DNA of 64,000 nt from a bacterium (GTDB lineage Bacteria; Cyanobacteriota; Vampirovibrionia; Gastranaerophilales; UBA9971), in assembly GCA_037147175.1 (NCBI GenBank), contig JBAWVS010000001.1, forward strand, positions 43,680 to 107,679. Reading direction: 5' to 3'. Below, piece after piece: positions 27,893 to 36,102 of this stretch. How positions within the stretch are numbered: position 1 is the first letter of the stretch; each line of letters begins with the position of its first letter. Below the pieces are notes generated by a model. That model was not told where the DNA came from. It saw only the letters and a program-made list of their open reading frames with translations, and did not search any database. The position numbers were made by a program, and so were the translations under genes.

Positions 27893-30289
27893 TTAATTTC
27901 GGATAATTTTACTGGAACCTTTTTCAGTATTATATTCTATGGTAATTATATTGTCTATTTCATTTTTTATGTCTTCAATATGAGTAATTAAAATTACCTG
28001 CTCGAAGTTATTTATGAGATTTCTCAATAAATTTACTACGTTATTCCTCCTATTTTCGTCAAGAGAACCGAATATTTCATCCAAAATTAATAAAGACAGA
28101 GTTTTACCTGATCGTTGTGCAATTATTTGAGAAATAGCAAGCCTTACACAAAGATTAACAAGGTCTTCTTCTCCTCCTGAGATAACCGGCTTGATTTCAC
28201 CGTCATCATGAAGGCATATTTCATATTTTTCGTTTAATTCAAGCTCTGAATATCTTCCATCAGTGAGATCTACAAGAAATTTGCTTGCAAGTTCCGAAAT
28301 CTCAGGACGTGCCTGATTGTTTAATTTTTCCCAGAATTGACCGTAAAATCTTTCTAATTCGATAAGCAGGTCTAATCGTCCTTGTTTTTCTTTTATATAA
28401 TTGAGTTTTTCCTTGTTGGAATCTTCCTGTTTTTTAATCCATTCAAGCTTATCTTTTTTATTTATTTCTTGCTCTTCAATTTTACCAAGTTCATTTTTTA
28501 AATTATAAAAAGACTCTTTTGTTAATTGAAAAGCCTTTTCGATTTTTAAAAAGCTGTCTTCTGAATAATTAAATTCTTTTAATTCTTTGTCAGCTTGCTT
28601 TTTTTTTGTTTCTATTTCTTGTTTCACTCCTATTGAGTCTTGAAGCTCATTTTTAATTTTGTCAAAGTCAGCTAACTCGGCATTTAACGTTAAAATTTGT
28701 TCGTAATTATTTCTAAGAGGAAGAATTTTTTCTCTTAAGTTGTTTAAAGTCTTATTATCAAATCCTTCCGGTATTTTTACCAGTTCTTCCTTGATTTTTA
28801 TTTTTTCAAGAGTTTTAGTTTCAATTTCATTTTTTATAATTAAAAATCGTCTTTTTTCTTCCTCATACTGACCCTGAAAGTTCATTAACTCAGCGTATTC
28901 TTTTTCTTTTTGTTCTTTTTTCTTTTTAAATTCAGTTAATTCAGCCGAATTAACATTCAATTTTTCGTATTCTGTCTTTAAAATTTGTATTTCTTTTTCT
29001 AAAGTCTTTATCTGGTCTTTAAAATTACCTGTAACTTTCTCAAATTCTCCTTTTAAGGTCCTTTCACAGGTAGGACAAATCCCTTCTTCACCTTTGTTCT
29101 TAATCAAAGAAAGTTGTTTTTGCGTTTTTTCCACTTCTTTCTGCTTTTGAGAAATTAAAACTTCGTTTTCTTTTTTACATGCAGTGATTTTCGTTTCAAT
29201 TTCCTTGATTTTTTCAATTAAATCGGAAATTTCTTCCTTAATAAAAGGTATTTTATCTACAATAAGACGTTTTTCTTTCCCTGACTTAATAACTTCTTCC
29301 TGTTGAAGAGTTTTTTCTTTAATTTCTTTGTCTAAACCCTCAATTTTAGAAAGATAAGTTTGCCGTAATGCTTCTTTTTCCTGTAATTTCTCTAATTCCT
29401 TGATTTTGAAGTCTGTTTCTTTGTACTCTGTCTCAAATTTACTTATTTCTGCAAGAATTTTTGATTTTTCTTCCAGATTTTCAAATTTTTCCTTTAAAGA
29501 AACAATATTTTTTTCCATAAAAGCACTTTTTTCTGTCAAAAATTCGATTTCTCGAGTATTTTTGTCAAATTTTTCCTTAATTTCTTTAATTTTTTCCCAT
29601 TCAGGTTCAATTTTAGCAATTTCATCGGTGCATTTGTTAAATTCTTTTTGCTTCGCGACTAAATTGTTATTAATTTCTTCCAATTCGGCTCGGGCAATCT
29701 TTTTTTCTTCTTTAAGAGAATCCAAATCAGCAATACCTTGCTTTAATCCTGTTATTTCATAGTTAATACTATTTTTATCAGTTCTTATCTGCTCTTGAAT
29801 TTCTCTTATCTTTTCATAGTTCAAAACTTTGGAAATAAATTTCCTTCTTTCAAGCGGTTTCTGGTTTCCTAGAAAATTTAGCTCTTTCTGACCTGTAAAA
29901 TAAGTATTAAAAAACTCATCTTTTGTCATTCCCAGTTTGTCTGTCAGGTATTTAGTAACTTCCTGCTGTGTTGTAACAATCGGAGCCTGATTGTCTCCCA
30001 AATAAAGCTCTGCTTTGTCCAGAAATCTTTCAATTCTGAAAACCTCGTCATCAAGGTAAAAAATAAGTTCAACCCTGACTTTTGCTCTTGCTTTAGCCTT
30101 ATTAAACTTTATTGTGTCCTTATTTCCTCTAGCAGCATCAGTTCCATATATTGACCATGTTATTGCTTCAAGAATAGTACTTTTTCCGGCACCATTAGTG
30201 CCGTTAATTATAGTAATGCCGTCTGTAAACTCTATAAAAGAGTCTTCATGCTGCCTGAAATTCTCAAGTTTTAATGATTTAAGCTTCAT
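27893..30289 (-). CDS. sbcC: Rad50/SbcC-family SMC-like ATPase
   Basis: Walker A GTNGAGKST, long coiled coil, zinc hook CPTC, signature ISGGEEDL, Walker B LLILDE. 798 aa. Confidence 0.9.
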   Translation of the reverse strand: MKLKSLKLENFRQHEDSFIEFTDGITIINGTNGAGKSTILEAITWSIYGTDAARGNKDTIKFNKAKARAKVRVELIFYLDDEVFRIERFLDKAELYLGDNQAPIVTTQQEVTKYLTDKLGMTKDEFFNTYFTGQKELNFLGNQKPLERRKFISKVLNYEKIREIQEQIRTDKNSINYEITGLKQGIADLDSLKEEKKIARAELEEINNNLVAKQKEFNKCTDEIAKIEPEWEKIKEIKEKFDKNTREIEFLTEKSAFMEKNIVSLKEKFENLEEKSKILAEISKFETEYKETDFKIKELEKLQEKEALRQTYLSKIEGLDKEIKEKTLQQEEVIKSGKEKRLIVDKIPFIKEEISDLIEKIKEIETKITACKKENEVLISQKQKEVEKTQKQLSLIKNKGEEGICPTCERTLKGEFEKVTGNFKDQIKTLEKEIQILKTEYEKLNVNSAELTEFKKKKEQKEKEYAELMNFQGQYEEEKRRFLIIKNEIETKTLEKIKIKEELVKIPEGFDNKTLNNLREKILPLRNNYEQILTLNAELADFDKIKNELQDSIGVKQEIETKKKQADKELKEFNYSEDSFLKIEKAFQLTKESFYNLKNELGKIEEQEINKKDKLEWIKKQEDSNKEKLNYIKEKQGRLDLLIELERFYGQFWEKLNNQARPEISELASKFLVDLTDGRYSELELNEKYEICLHDDGEIKPVISGGEEDLVNLCVRLAISQIIAQRSGKTLSLLILDEIFGSLDENRRNNVVNLLRNLINNFEQVILITHIEDIKNEIDNIITIEYNTEKGSSKIIRN

Positions 30290-30302
30290 AAAAAATATCT
30301 TA

Positions 30303-31448
30303 TCATATACTTACAGCCTTTAAATAATCTTTTGCCAGATTGTTAAACATTTCCTGATTCAACCCCTGCGCCAATTCAAAAACATTTAACTCTGCATCAA
30401 GTGCTTCATGAAGGTTTTTTCGTTTTTCGACAGGGTTTCCTTCCTTGTCAAAAGTCAGATTCACGTCCTTTTTTATGAAATTAAGCATGAAATGAACTGC
30501 TTTTTTTCTGTATTCCCTGATTTTAGTGTAATTTAGATTTCTTATCGCCAGAGGGTCTATGTTATCAAGGGTTATTCTAACTATAGAATTTTCAAAATCA
30601 TTTATTTTTGCTACTTCTTCATCAATATAGGCGTTAATTTCCTCTGCGGTGAGAGTATCCGCATTAATTTTTTTTATATCAACCACTGTTCTTGGTGTTT
30701 GGAGCGGATGAAACGTTATTTTTTTTGTTTCAAGGTTATATTCAATGAAACCTTTAGGGTCTTTGGCTTCTTGCCAAATATTTGAGCTGGTTCTTTCTAT
30801 CGCTCCAGAGTAATATATGTTTTCTTCAAGCTCTGTATATTTGTGATAGTGCCCCAGAGCTACATAATCCCACTCTGAACCGTTAATCTTCTCTGAATCA
30901 ACAAGTTCTTCGGAGCTATGTTTGGATAATTCAGGGCATTTTACGCTGTTATAAGAACAATGCATAGTCAAAACATTGTATTTATAACCTCTATCAGGAG
31001 TTAAAGTTGTTTTATTGAGTTCATACAAAGCATTATGCGGAATGCATAAAATGCTTGCATTTAAATTCTCGAAGACAACCTGTTCAATTTGCCCATCTAC
31101 AACTTTAACATTTGGAATGGTAGTTTCAAGAAGTTTTAGAATACTTCCTGATTCCACCGACTTTGAAGACTCATGGTTGCCTGAAATTAGAACTATAGGA
31201 GCATTGCAGTTTTTTCTGAAATTATTAAGAAGCTTAATCGTCAAATAAATTGTGGAATTGCTCGGTCTTGGCTTGTGAAAAATATCTCCCGCCATCAAAA
31301 CAAGGTCAGGTTTAAGTTCTGAAACCTTATCAAGTGCTTCTTTAAATGTTTTGACAACATCTTTTTCCCGAATATTCAAGCCTTCAGGACTTAATTTATT
31401 ATATGACCTGTAGCCCAGATGCAAATCGGCAAGATGAATAATTTTCAT
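30303..31448 (-). CDS. sbcD: Mre11/SbcD-family nuclease (calcineurin-like phosphoesterase)
   Basis: HLADLHLG, GDIFH, GNHE, MHC and GHYH phosphoesterase motifs. 381 aa. Confidence 0.9.
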   Translation of the reverse strand: MKIIHLADLHLGYRSYNKLSPEGLNIREKDVVKTFKEALDKVSELKPDLVLMAGDIFHKPRPSNSTIYLTIKLLNNFRKNCNAPIVLISGNHESSKSVESGSILKLLETTIPNVKVVDGQIEQVVFENLNASILCIPHNALYELNKTTLTPDRGYKYNVLTMHCSYNSVKCPELSKHSSEELVDSEKINGSEWDYVALGHYHKYTELEENIYYSGAIERTSSNIWQEAKDPKGFIEYNLETKKITFHPLQTPRTVVDIKKINADTLTAEEINAYIDEEVAKINDFENSIVRITLDNIDPLAIRNLNYTKIREYRKKAVHFMLNFIKKDVNLTFDKEGNPVEKRKNLHEALDAELNVFELAQGLNQEMFNNLAKDYLKAVSI

Positions 31449-31454
31449 AGTGTT

Positions 31455-33440
31455 TTACTCTTTTAACCAGTCGTCAATATCTGTATTGCCTACCGATGGA
31501 GAAAGTTTTTCTTCAAAGCTTTCTCTTTGAGGCTTTTTTCGCAATATATTTTTAAAATATTCGAGAGGATTGTCTTTGCCTTTCCTCTCGGTTTCATTGA
31601 AAGCCCTTTTTACTTCTTCTTTATCGACATCGCAAATAGCGTTTTTAATATCATTCGCTTTGATTTTATGGTCAAGGCGTTTGAAATTAATAATCATTGC
31701 ATCTTCAAAATTTCTTTCCGCTACGGGAGGAAACTTTTTAGAGCCGTCCTGACTTGTCATAAAAGGCGGGCGCGGGAATCTTACAAAGATATACTGATTA
31801 AAATGCGGATGCCTGATGAGAAGTTTCCCTTTTTCAAGTACTGTTAATTCGGCTTTAATACTTGAAGGCATGACACTGTAGCCCTGAGAAGCCAGTTCGT
31901 CCATGTCCATACGTCCGTAAATACTTGTTCCGCAGTTTCCGACAATTCTTTTGTGAACCTGTGATTTAAACTGCTGTGCAGAAAAGAGGATTAAGCCCAA
32001 GTATCTTCCTCTTTCGGAAATTTCCAGCAGGGTTTGTTTGAGATAAGAATTTCCAGAGTCGCCGGAAGCGTATTTATTAAGCTCATCCACAAAAATTATG
32101 ACCTTATCAACGCCAAGTTTCTTGTTTTCAAGCTGTTCTTTCAGTTTTTCAACAGTTCTGGTAAACACCAAATCCTGAGCAATAGGAATCATTCCTGCTA
32201 TATCTACAACATAAACCCCTTTGTCTTTAAATTCTCCCCATGGTAAGTCATGCATGGAAGAATCATTAGTCACAAGTCCTTTGCAGCGGGTTTTTATGTT
32301 CATAAGCCTGTTATAAATTTTTCTTATTGTAGGGATTGCATGCCCTCTCCACTGTTGTTTCCCTTCGCCGTTGCCTTTTTCTTCATCTCCTGCTTCTGCG
32401 AAAATCCTCTGAAACCATTCTTCAAGGTCGTTAAAATTCTTTATTTTCTTATGTACGCAATAATGAGAATCCGGTTTATCTTGATTTATCACTTTTTCTT
32501 TCATGAAAGAAAGAAAAGCATCCGCCTTTGCATCGATATCATCATTGTTTAAAAGCACCTGCACATGGTCAAAAATCTCTTCCAAACCCCAGCTTAATGG
32601 ATTTACGTTGTGCATAAGGTGATCATTTGTTCTTAAGGTGTTTAAATTTACTCCGTCATCCTTATAAGGAGCGTAATATTCAACATTTTCAAAAGCATTT
32701 ACTTCCATACCAAGCTTTTTATACATTTCTTTTTCTTCTTCAGAAAGATTTTCCGCAGGCTGGTCAAGAAACAAAAGGTCATAACCTTTTACATTAAAAA
32801 GAACCGTAGCAATTTTTTCATTGTTATCGCTCTGATACTTTTGAAAAATGCTGCTCAAAAGGAATTCTATAATGCTGGTCTTTGTTGCAAGCCCTGAAAC
32901 TCCTGTAACATTCAAATGTGCGGCTTCCGGCCCTAAAAGGAAATTAGAATCAAGATAAACAGGAGATTGGTTTTCCCCGTTTACGTAAAGCCCGACAGGG
33001 ATTTGGGAATCTTCAAATTTATCCATTCTCAGGGATTTTTTTACGTCAGCATCCTCCGCCAGAAAGACATTTCCGATCGGGACAGGCTGAATAGGTTCTT
33101 CAGGTTCCATTTTTAAGACAGATGCCGTGTAATACCTTATTTCCGGTCTTTCTGTCTGGGCAAGGCGGTTTTCTTGAGGCTCCCTATCGGCACTTATGTA
33201 ATCATGCATCGGTGATTCCAGGTCGGTGTAGCTTATGCCTTCATTTACAATTCCGTAAATCGTTCTTTTGTATTCCGCATTTTTTTTATCGGAATAAACC
33301 CTGTCGCTCTCAATCTTGACAATGGTTCCAATTCCTACAGGAGAGTCAAGATTTGTCCAAAAACTGAAAGTCTGTGCAGTATTAGGCTTTTTTTCAGTTG
33401 CAACAACTCTTCCTATAACTTTATTTTCTGTTTCGTTCAT
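31455..33440 (-). CDS. herA: HerA-like (FtsK/HerA clade) ATPase with N-terminal HAS-barrel-like region and atypical P-loop
   Basis: N-terminus VIGRVVATEKKP..FSFWT...VGIGTIVKIE is barrel-like. Walker B VIIFVDELNKY. ILFSAQQFKSQVHKRIVGNCGTSIYGRM resembles the HerA xxQRPSxxxxxxxxQCNxxxxxR block. The P-loop reads TGVSGLATKTS rather than GxxGSGKS. Confidence 0.7.
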   Translation of the reverse strand: MNETENKVIGRVVATEKKPNTAQTFSFWTNLDSPVGIGTIVKIESDRVYSDKKNAEYKRTIYGIVNEGISYTDLESPMHDYISADREPQENRLAQTERPEIRYYTASVLKMEPEEPIQPVPIGNVFLAEDADVKKSLRMDKFEDSQIPVGLYVNGENQSPVYLDSNFLLGPEAAHLNVTGVSGLATKTSIIEFLLSSIFQKYQSDNNEKIATVLFNVKGYDLLFLDQPAENLSEEEKEMYKKLGMEVNAFENVEYYAPYKDDGVNLNTLRTNDHLMHNVNPLSWGLEEIFDHVQVLLNNDDIDAKADAFLSFMKEKVINQDKPDSHYCVHKKIKNFNDLEEWFQRIFAEAGDEEKGNGEGKQQWRGHAIPTIRKIYNRLMNIKTRCKGLVTNDSSMHDLPWGEFKDKGVYVVDIAGMIPIAQDLVFTRTVEKLKEQLENKKLGVDKVIIFVDELNKYASGDSGNSYLKQTLLEISERGRYLGLILFSAQQFKSQVHKRIVGNCGTSIYGRMDMDELASQGYSVMPSSIKAELTVLEKGKLLIRHPHFNQYIFVRFPRPPFMTSQDGSKKFPPVAERNFEDAMIINFKRLDHKIKANDIKNAICDVDKEEVKRAFNETERKGKDNPLEYFKNILRKKPQRESFEEKLSPSVGNTDIDDWLKE

Positions 33441-33503
33441 ATTAAAACCTTATTTTTATACTTATAATAATACTTTAACAATATAAATTTTGTTATAAAA
33501 AAA

Positions 33504-34565
33504 TCAAGAAAGACTTTCAATCATTGTCCAACCGGGAGCTTTTGCTTTCAAATAGTCTTCGCAGTATTTAATGGGATAAATCATCCTATCCCAACGTGAA
33601 GCAGGAAATCCGACTGGTTTTGTTTCCAGCAAAATCCATGAACTTATCTCATCAACTCTGCTAATAAGTTCTTTTTTAGCTGGAATTTCTACTCTTACAA
33701 TCCCAAAATCGTTTACACCATTGCGTTTGTCATGGTGCAGTCTTAAATACCATGTAAAAATATCTTTTTTCTTCCCTGTTTTATCATATGGTTGAAAAAC
33801 GCTTGAACGTTGACCTTTCTCCATAGAATAAAGTTCACACATCTTTTCAAAAGGGAAATAATAAACTCCGTGAGATTTGACTATTCCTGCAATATTTGAA
33901 CTTTCCAGAATATTTTGGCTTTTAGTATTCAAAGTCCCGTCCACAAAAAGCCAGCCGTCTTTAAATTTTGAGTCCAGCCATTTATTTGTCAGTTTATCTT
34001 CAATTTTTCTTCTTTTTTCCTGTATTTCACTGTGAGCCTGTTGGATAAATTCATCGGGGAATACGGGATAGGCTTTTCTTTTTCCCTGATTTGGAATTAT
34101 GCCGACATTTTTATAATTATTTTTTATTTTTTCGATTTCTTTAAGCTCAAAATAGTGTGAAGGGCAATTATTATTTTCTTTCACAGGAATATAAAAAATT
34201 CCCTCCCCTATTTCTAAGTCTGTAGAATGCAAAGTTTTATCAGTCCTTTTTAAAACTGCCGCTCCGACATAACCGTAAATAACAGGGATAGTCCGAAGAT
34301 AGCAAAGTATTTTTTTTCTTTCAATTCCGTCAAGAAAATAAGAAAACCCTGAAGCAGCTGTTTTTATTTGAATTTTTTTAAATTTTAATTCTCCGCAGGG
34401 TTCATCTTCTTTTATAATGTCTGCTTTTCTTTGTTCAAAATCATTTTCAGGTTTGGAAAAGTTATCATTTTCGGAATTAAAAAAAGTTTTGGGGATTTTT
34501 ATATCTTCCCCGTTAAGTTTTTTTTCTTTTATAAAACCCTGAAAAATTTTTAATTCTAAAGTCAT
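33504..34565 (-). CDS. nurA: NurA-like nuclease
   Basis: Two DG motifs at NurA-like spacing (YFLDGIERKK near residue 78, WLFVDGTLN near 210) and GIVKSHG. 353 aa, immediately upstream of herA. Confidence 0.6.
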   Translation of the reverse strand: MTLELKIFQGFIKEKKLNGEDIKIPKTFFNSENDNFSKPENDFEQRKADIIKEDEPCGELKFKKIQIKTAASGFSYFLDGIERKKILCYLRTIPVIYGYVGAAVLKRTDKTLHSTDLEIGEGIFYIPVKENNNCPSHYFELKEIEKIKNNYKNVGIIPNQGKRKAYPVFPDEFIQQAHSEIQEKRRKIEDKLTNKWLDSKFKDGWLFVDGTLNTKSQNILESSNIAGIVKSHGVYYFPFEKMCELYSMEKGQRSSVFQPYDKTGKKKDIFTWYLRLHHDKRNGVNDFGIVRVEIPAKKELISRVDEISSWILLETKPVGFPASRWDRMIYPIKYCEDYLKAKAPGWTMIESLS

Positions 34566-34702
34566 TTAAAACCCTTCTCTTTTGAATTAATTTTAAGGCT
34601 TATTATAAAATTTTGAAAGATATTTTTTAAATGAACTTCGCCGATATTTTATTATTTGTAATGACAAAAATATTTTGATTTTAAAATAATATAAAAATTT
34701 GC

Positions 34703-34780
34703 AAAAAAAATGCCGCTCTTTTTGGGGCGGCTACTAGACTCGGGGGAGGAGGTTTGGGTAGGGTCTTTATGACCTTACTT
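34703..34780 (-). ncRNA. Candidate sRNA, copy A (5' hairpin, C-rich anti-SD tract, intrinsic terminator)
   Basis: Minus-strand reading: GGUC-AUAAA-GACC, CUACCCAAACCUCCUCCCCCGAGUCUAGUA, GCCGC-loop-GCGGC, then A+U8. Strand and ends are inferred only. Confidence 0.35.
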
Positions 34781-34859
34781 TTACTATATCGGTATTTTAT
34801 TTTAAAACTTTAATGTTTTTTTAAAATAAAAAGGGAAATTTTTATTCCTGTTATTGAGC

Positions 34860-34935
34860 AAAAAAAATGCCGCTCTTTTGGGGCGGCTACTAGACTCGGG
34901 GGAGGAGGTTTGGGTATGGTCGATTAGGACCTTAC
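34860..34935 (-). ncRNA. Candidate sRNA, copy B (tandem duplicate of copy A, 157 bp away)
   Basis: The 58-nt core is identical to copy A except for a 1-nt indel in the terminator loop. The 5' hairpin keeps the GGUC/GACC stem with a different loop (CUAAUC). Confidence 0.35.
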
Positions 34936-34973
34936 ATTATTTGTTTCGACATTCTTTTATAAAAACTTTAATG

Positions 34974-35008
34974 ATTTCCTGCTTTTGTTACAACATCTTT
35001 ACAAAAAA
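34974..35008. promoter_or_regulatory. Conserved intergenic motif, copy 3 (looser)
   Basis: TTTCCTGCTTTTGTTACAACATCTTTACAAAAAAA aligns with the TTTTACAAA-n-CTTTACAAAAA end of copies 1 and 2. It abuts repeat unit B. Confidence 0.35.
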
Positions 35009-35250
35009 ACTCAACTTAAAATAATATTTTAATTAAAAATTTTTTAAAAAAAATACTGAAATTAAAAGAATTTTTAGACCCGATTAATGCCCGACCGTTT
35101 AAATTAATAACTCTTCAAAATAACATTATTTTTGAATATTAGACAGGCAGGTTATATAAAATTTTTGAATATTAAACAAAAATTAAACAGTATAAACAGT
35201 CGTTTAGTTTACCGTTTAAATACATGAGTATATTTTTGTAGGGAGGAAAA

Positions 35251-35373
35251 ATGAGTAACATTGCGGATGGTTTTTTAAGAATACTAAAAAGTCACTTATA
35301 TTTGTCATTTCCGATTATTTTGATTTCTATTCTTAATACTTTTATATTTATGTTTTTATTTAAAACTTTTTAA
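35251..35373 (+). CDS. Small hydrophobic protein (40 aa), below the ORF-track cutoff
   Basis: My translation: MSNIADGFLRILKSHLYLSFPIILISILNTFIFMFLFKTF. Strong SD GGGAGGA ends 4 nt before the ATG. One predicted TM helix. Confidence 0.45.
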   Translation: MSNIADGFLRILKSHLYLSFPIILISILNTFIFMFLFKTF

Positions 35374-35395
35374 GCAAATAAACATGTTTTGAACT

Positions 35396-35998
35396 TTATT
35401 TATTTTTCGAATTGTTTAATATTGTTAAAACGCTTTTTAGATGCTCTTCCAGTTCTTCTTTAGAAACATTATCCCTTACACCAAATAGAATTTCATTGTA
35501 ATATTTACCTTTTAATAGCGAAATTAAATGATCAGCATATTTTGAGGGAGAAGAGACCTGTATTAACCCTTTTGCTGCGGCTTTTGAAATAAATTTTTCC
35601 AGCATAATGTAGGTTATCGAAGGGCCTATGTTATAAAAATTCTTTGTTATGTTAGGATTAGTAGCCATTTCGCTTAAAACTATGCGATGAACCGCGCATA
35701 ATTTCTCGTCGATTACAAGTTTTAGAAAATTTTTGCAAAATTTTTCCAGTAAAATATCAAAATTTTCTTCAGTAACTTCTACGTCTTCAATATCTTTATA
35801 GTATTTTTTGCTTTGATTAATCACAATTTTTTGCAAAATAATTTGTTTATTTTCAAAATTATTATAAATAGTTTGCTTGGAAACACCTGCTTCTTTCGCC
35901 ACTTCATCCATAGAAGTGTTATTATAACCGCATTTTAAAAATAATTTAAAGGCGGCATTAAATATTAACTCTGATTTGTTTTTCATAATAATTCGCAT
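35396..35998 (-). CDS. TetR/AcrR-family transcriptional regulator
   Basis: HTH TSMDEVAKEAGVSKQTIYNNFENK. 200 aa; start may be the second Met at 35986. Confidence 0.9.
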   Translation of the reverse strand: MRIIMKNKSELIFNAAFKLFLKCGYNNTSMDEVAKEAGVSKQTIYNNFENKQIILQKIVINQSKKYYKDIEDVEVTEENFDILLEKFCKNFLKLVIDEKLCAVHRIVLSEMATNPNITKNFYNIGPSITYIMLEKFISKAAAKGLIQVSSPSKYADHLISLLKGKYYNEILFGVRDNVSKEELEEHLKSVLTILNNSKNK

Positions 35999-36020
35999 TT
36001 TCTAGTTCATTGGATCATTT

Positions 36021-36063
36021 TACAGAAAATAGACTTGACAGTCCAGTCCACTTTCTGTAGTCT
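36021..36063 (+). promoter_or_regulatory. Sigma70-like promoter (TTGACA-17 nt-TAGTCT) bracketed by inverted repeat TACAGAAA/TTTCTGTA; candidate TetR operator
   Basis: TTGACA at 36035-36040; IR arms at 36021-36028 and 36052-36059. Lies in the divergent region between the TetR gene and the TPR-PKS operon. Confidence 0.55.
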
Positions 36064-36102
36064 TAACAATATTCTTAATAATTTTCAAATGGAGAATAAA
36101 AA

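Noticed and set aside
34751-34778. Plus-strand mini-ORF behind the GGAGGAGG of repeat A (ATG at 34768)
   Set aside because: The ATG is absent from the otherwise near-identical repeat B (GGTCGATTAGGACC), so a coding function is unlikely.
34701-34973. Possible CRISPR array or retron msr/msd
   Set aside because: There are only two repeat units, each about 115 nt long with a 157-bp period, and the inter-unit sequence is partly conserved. No cas genes or reverse transcriptase occur in the window.
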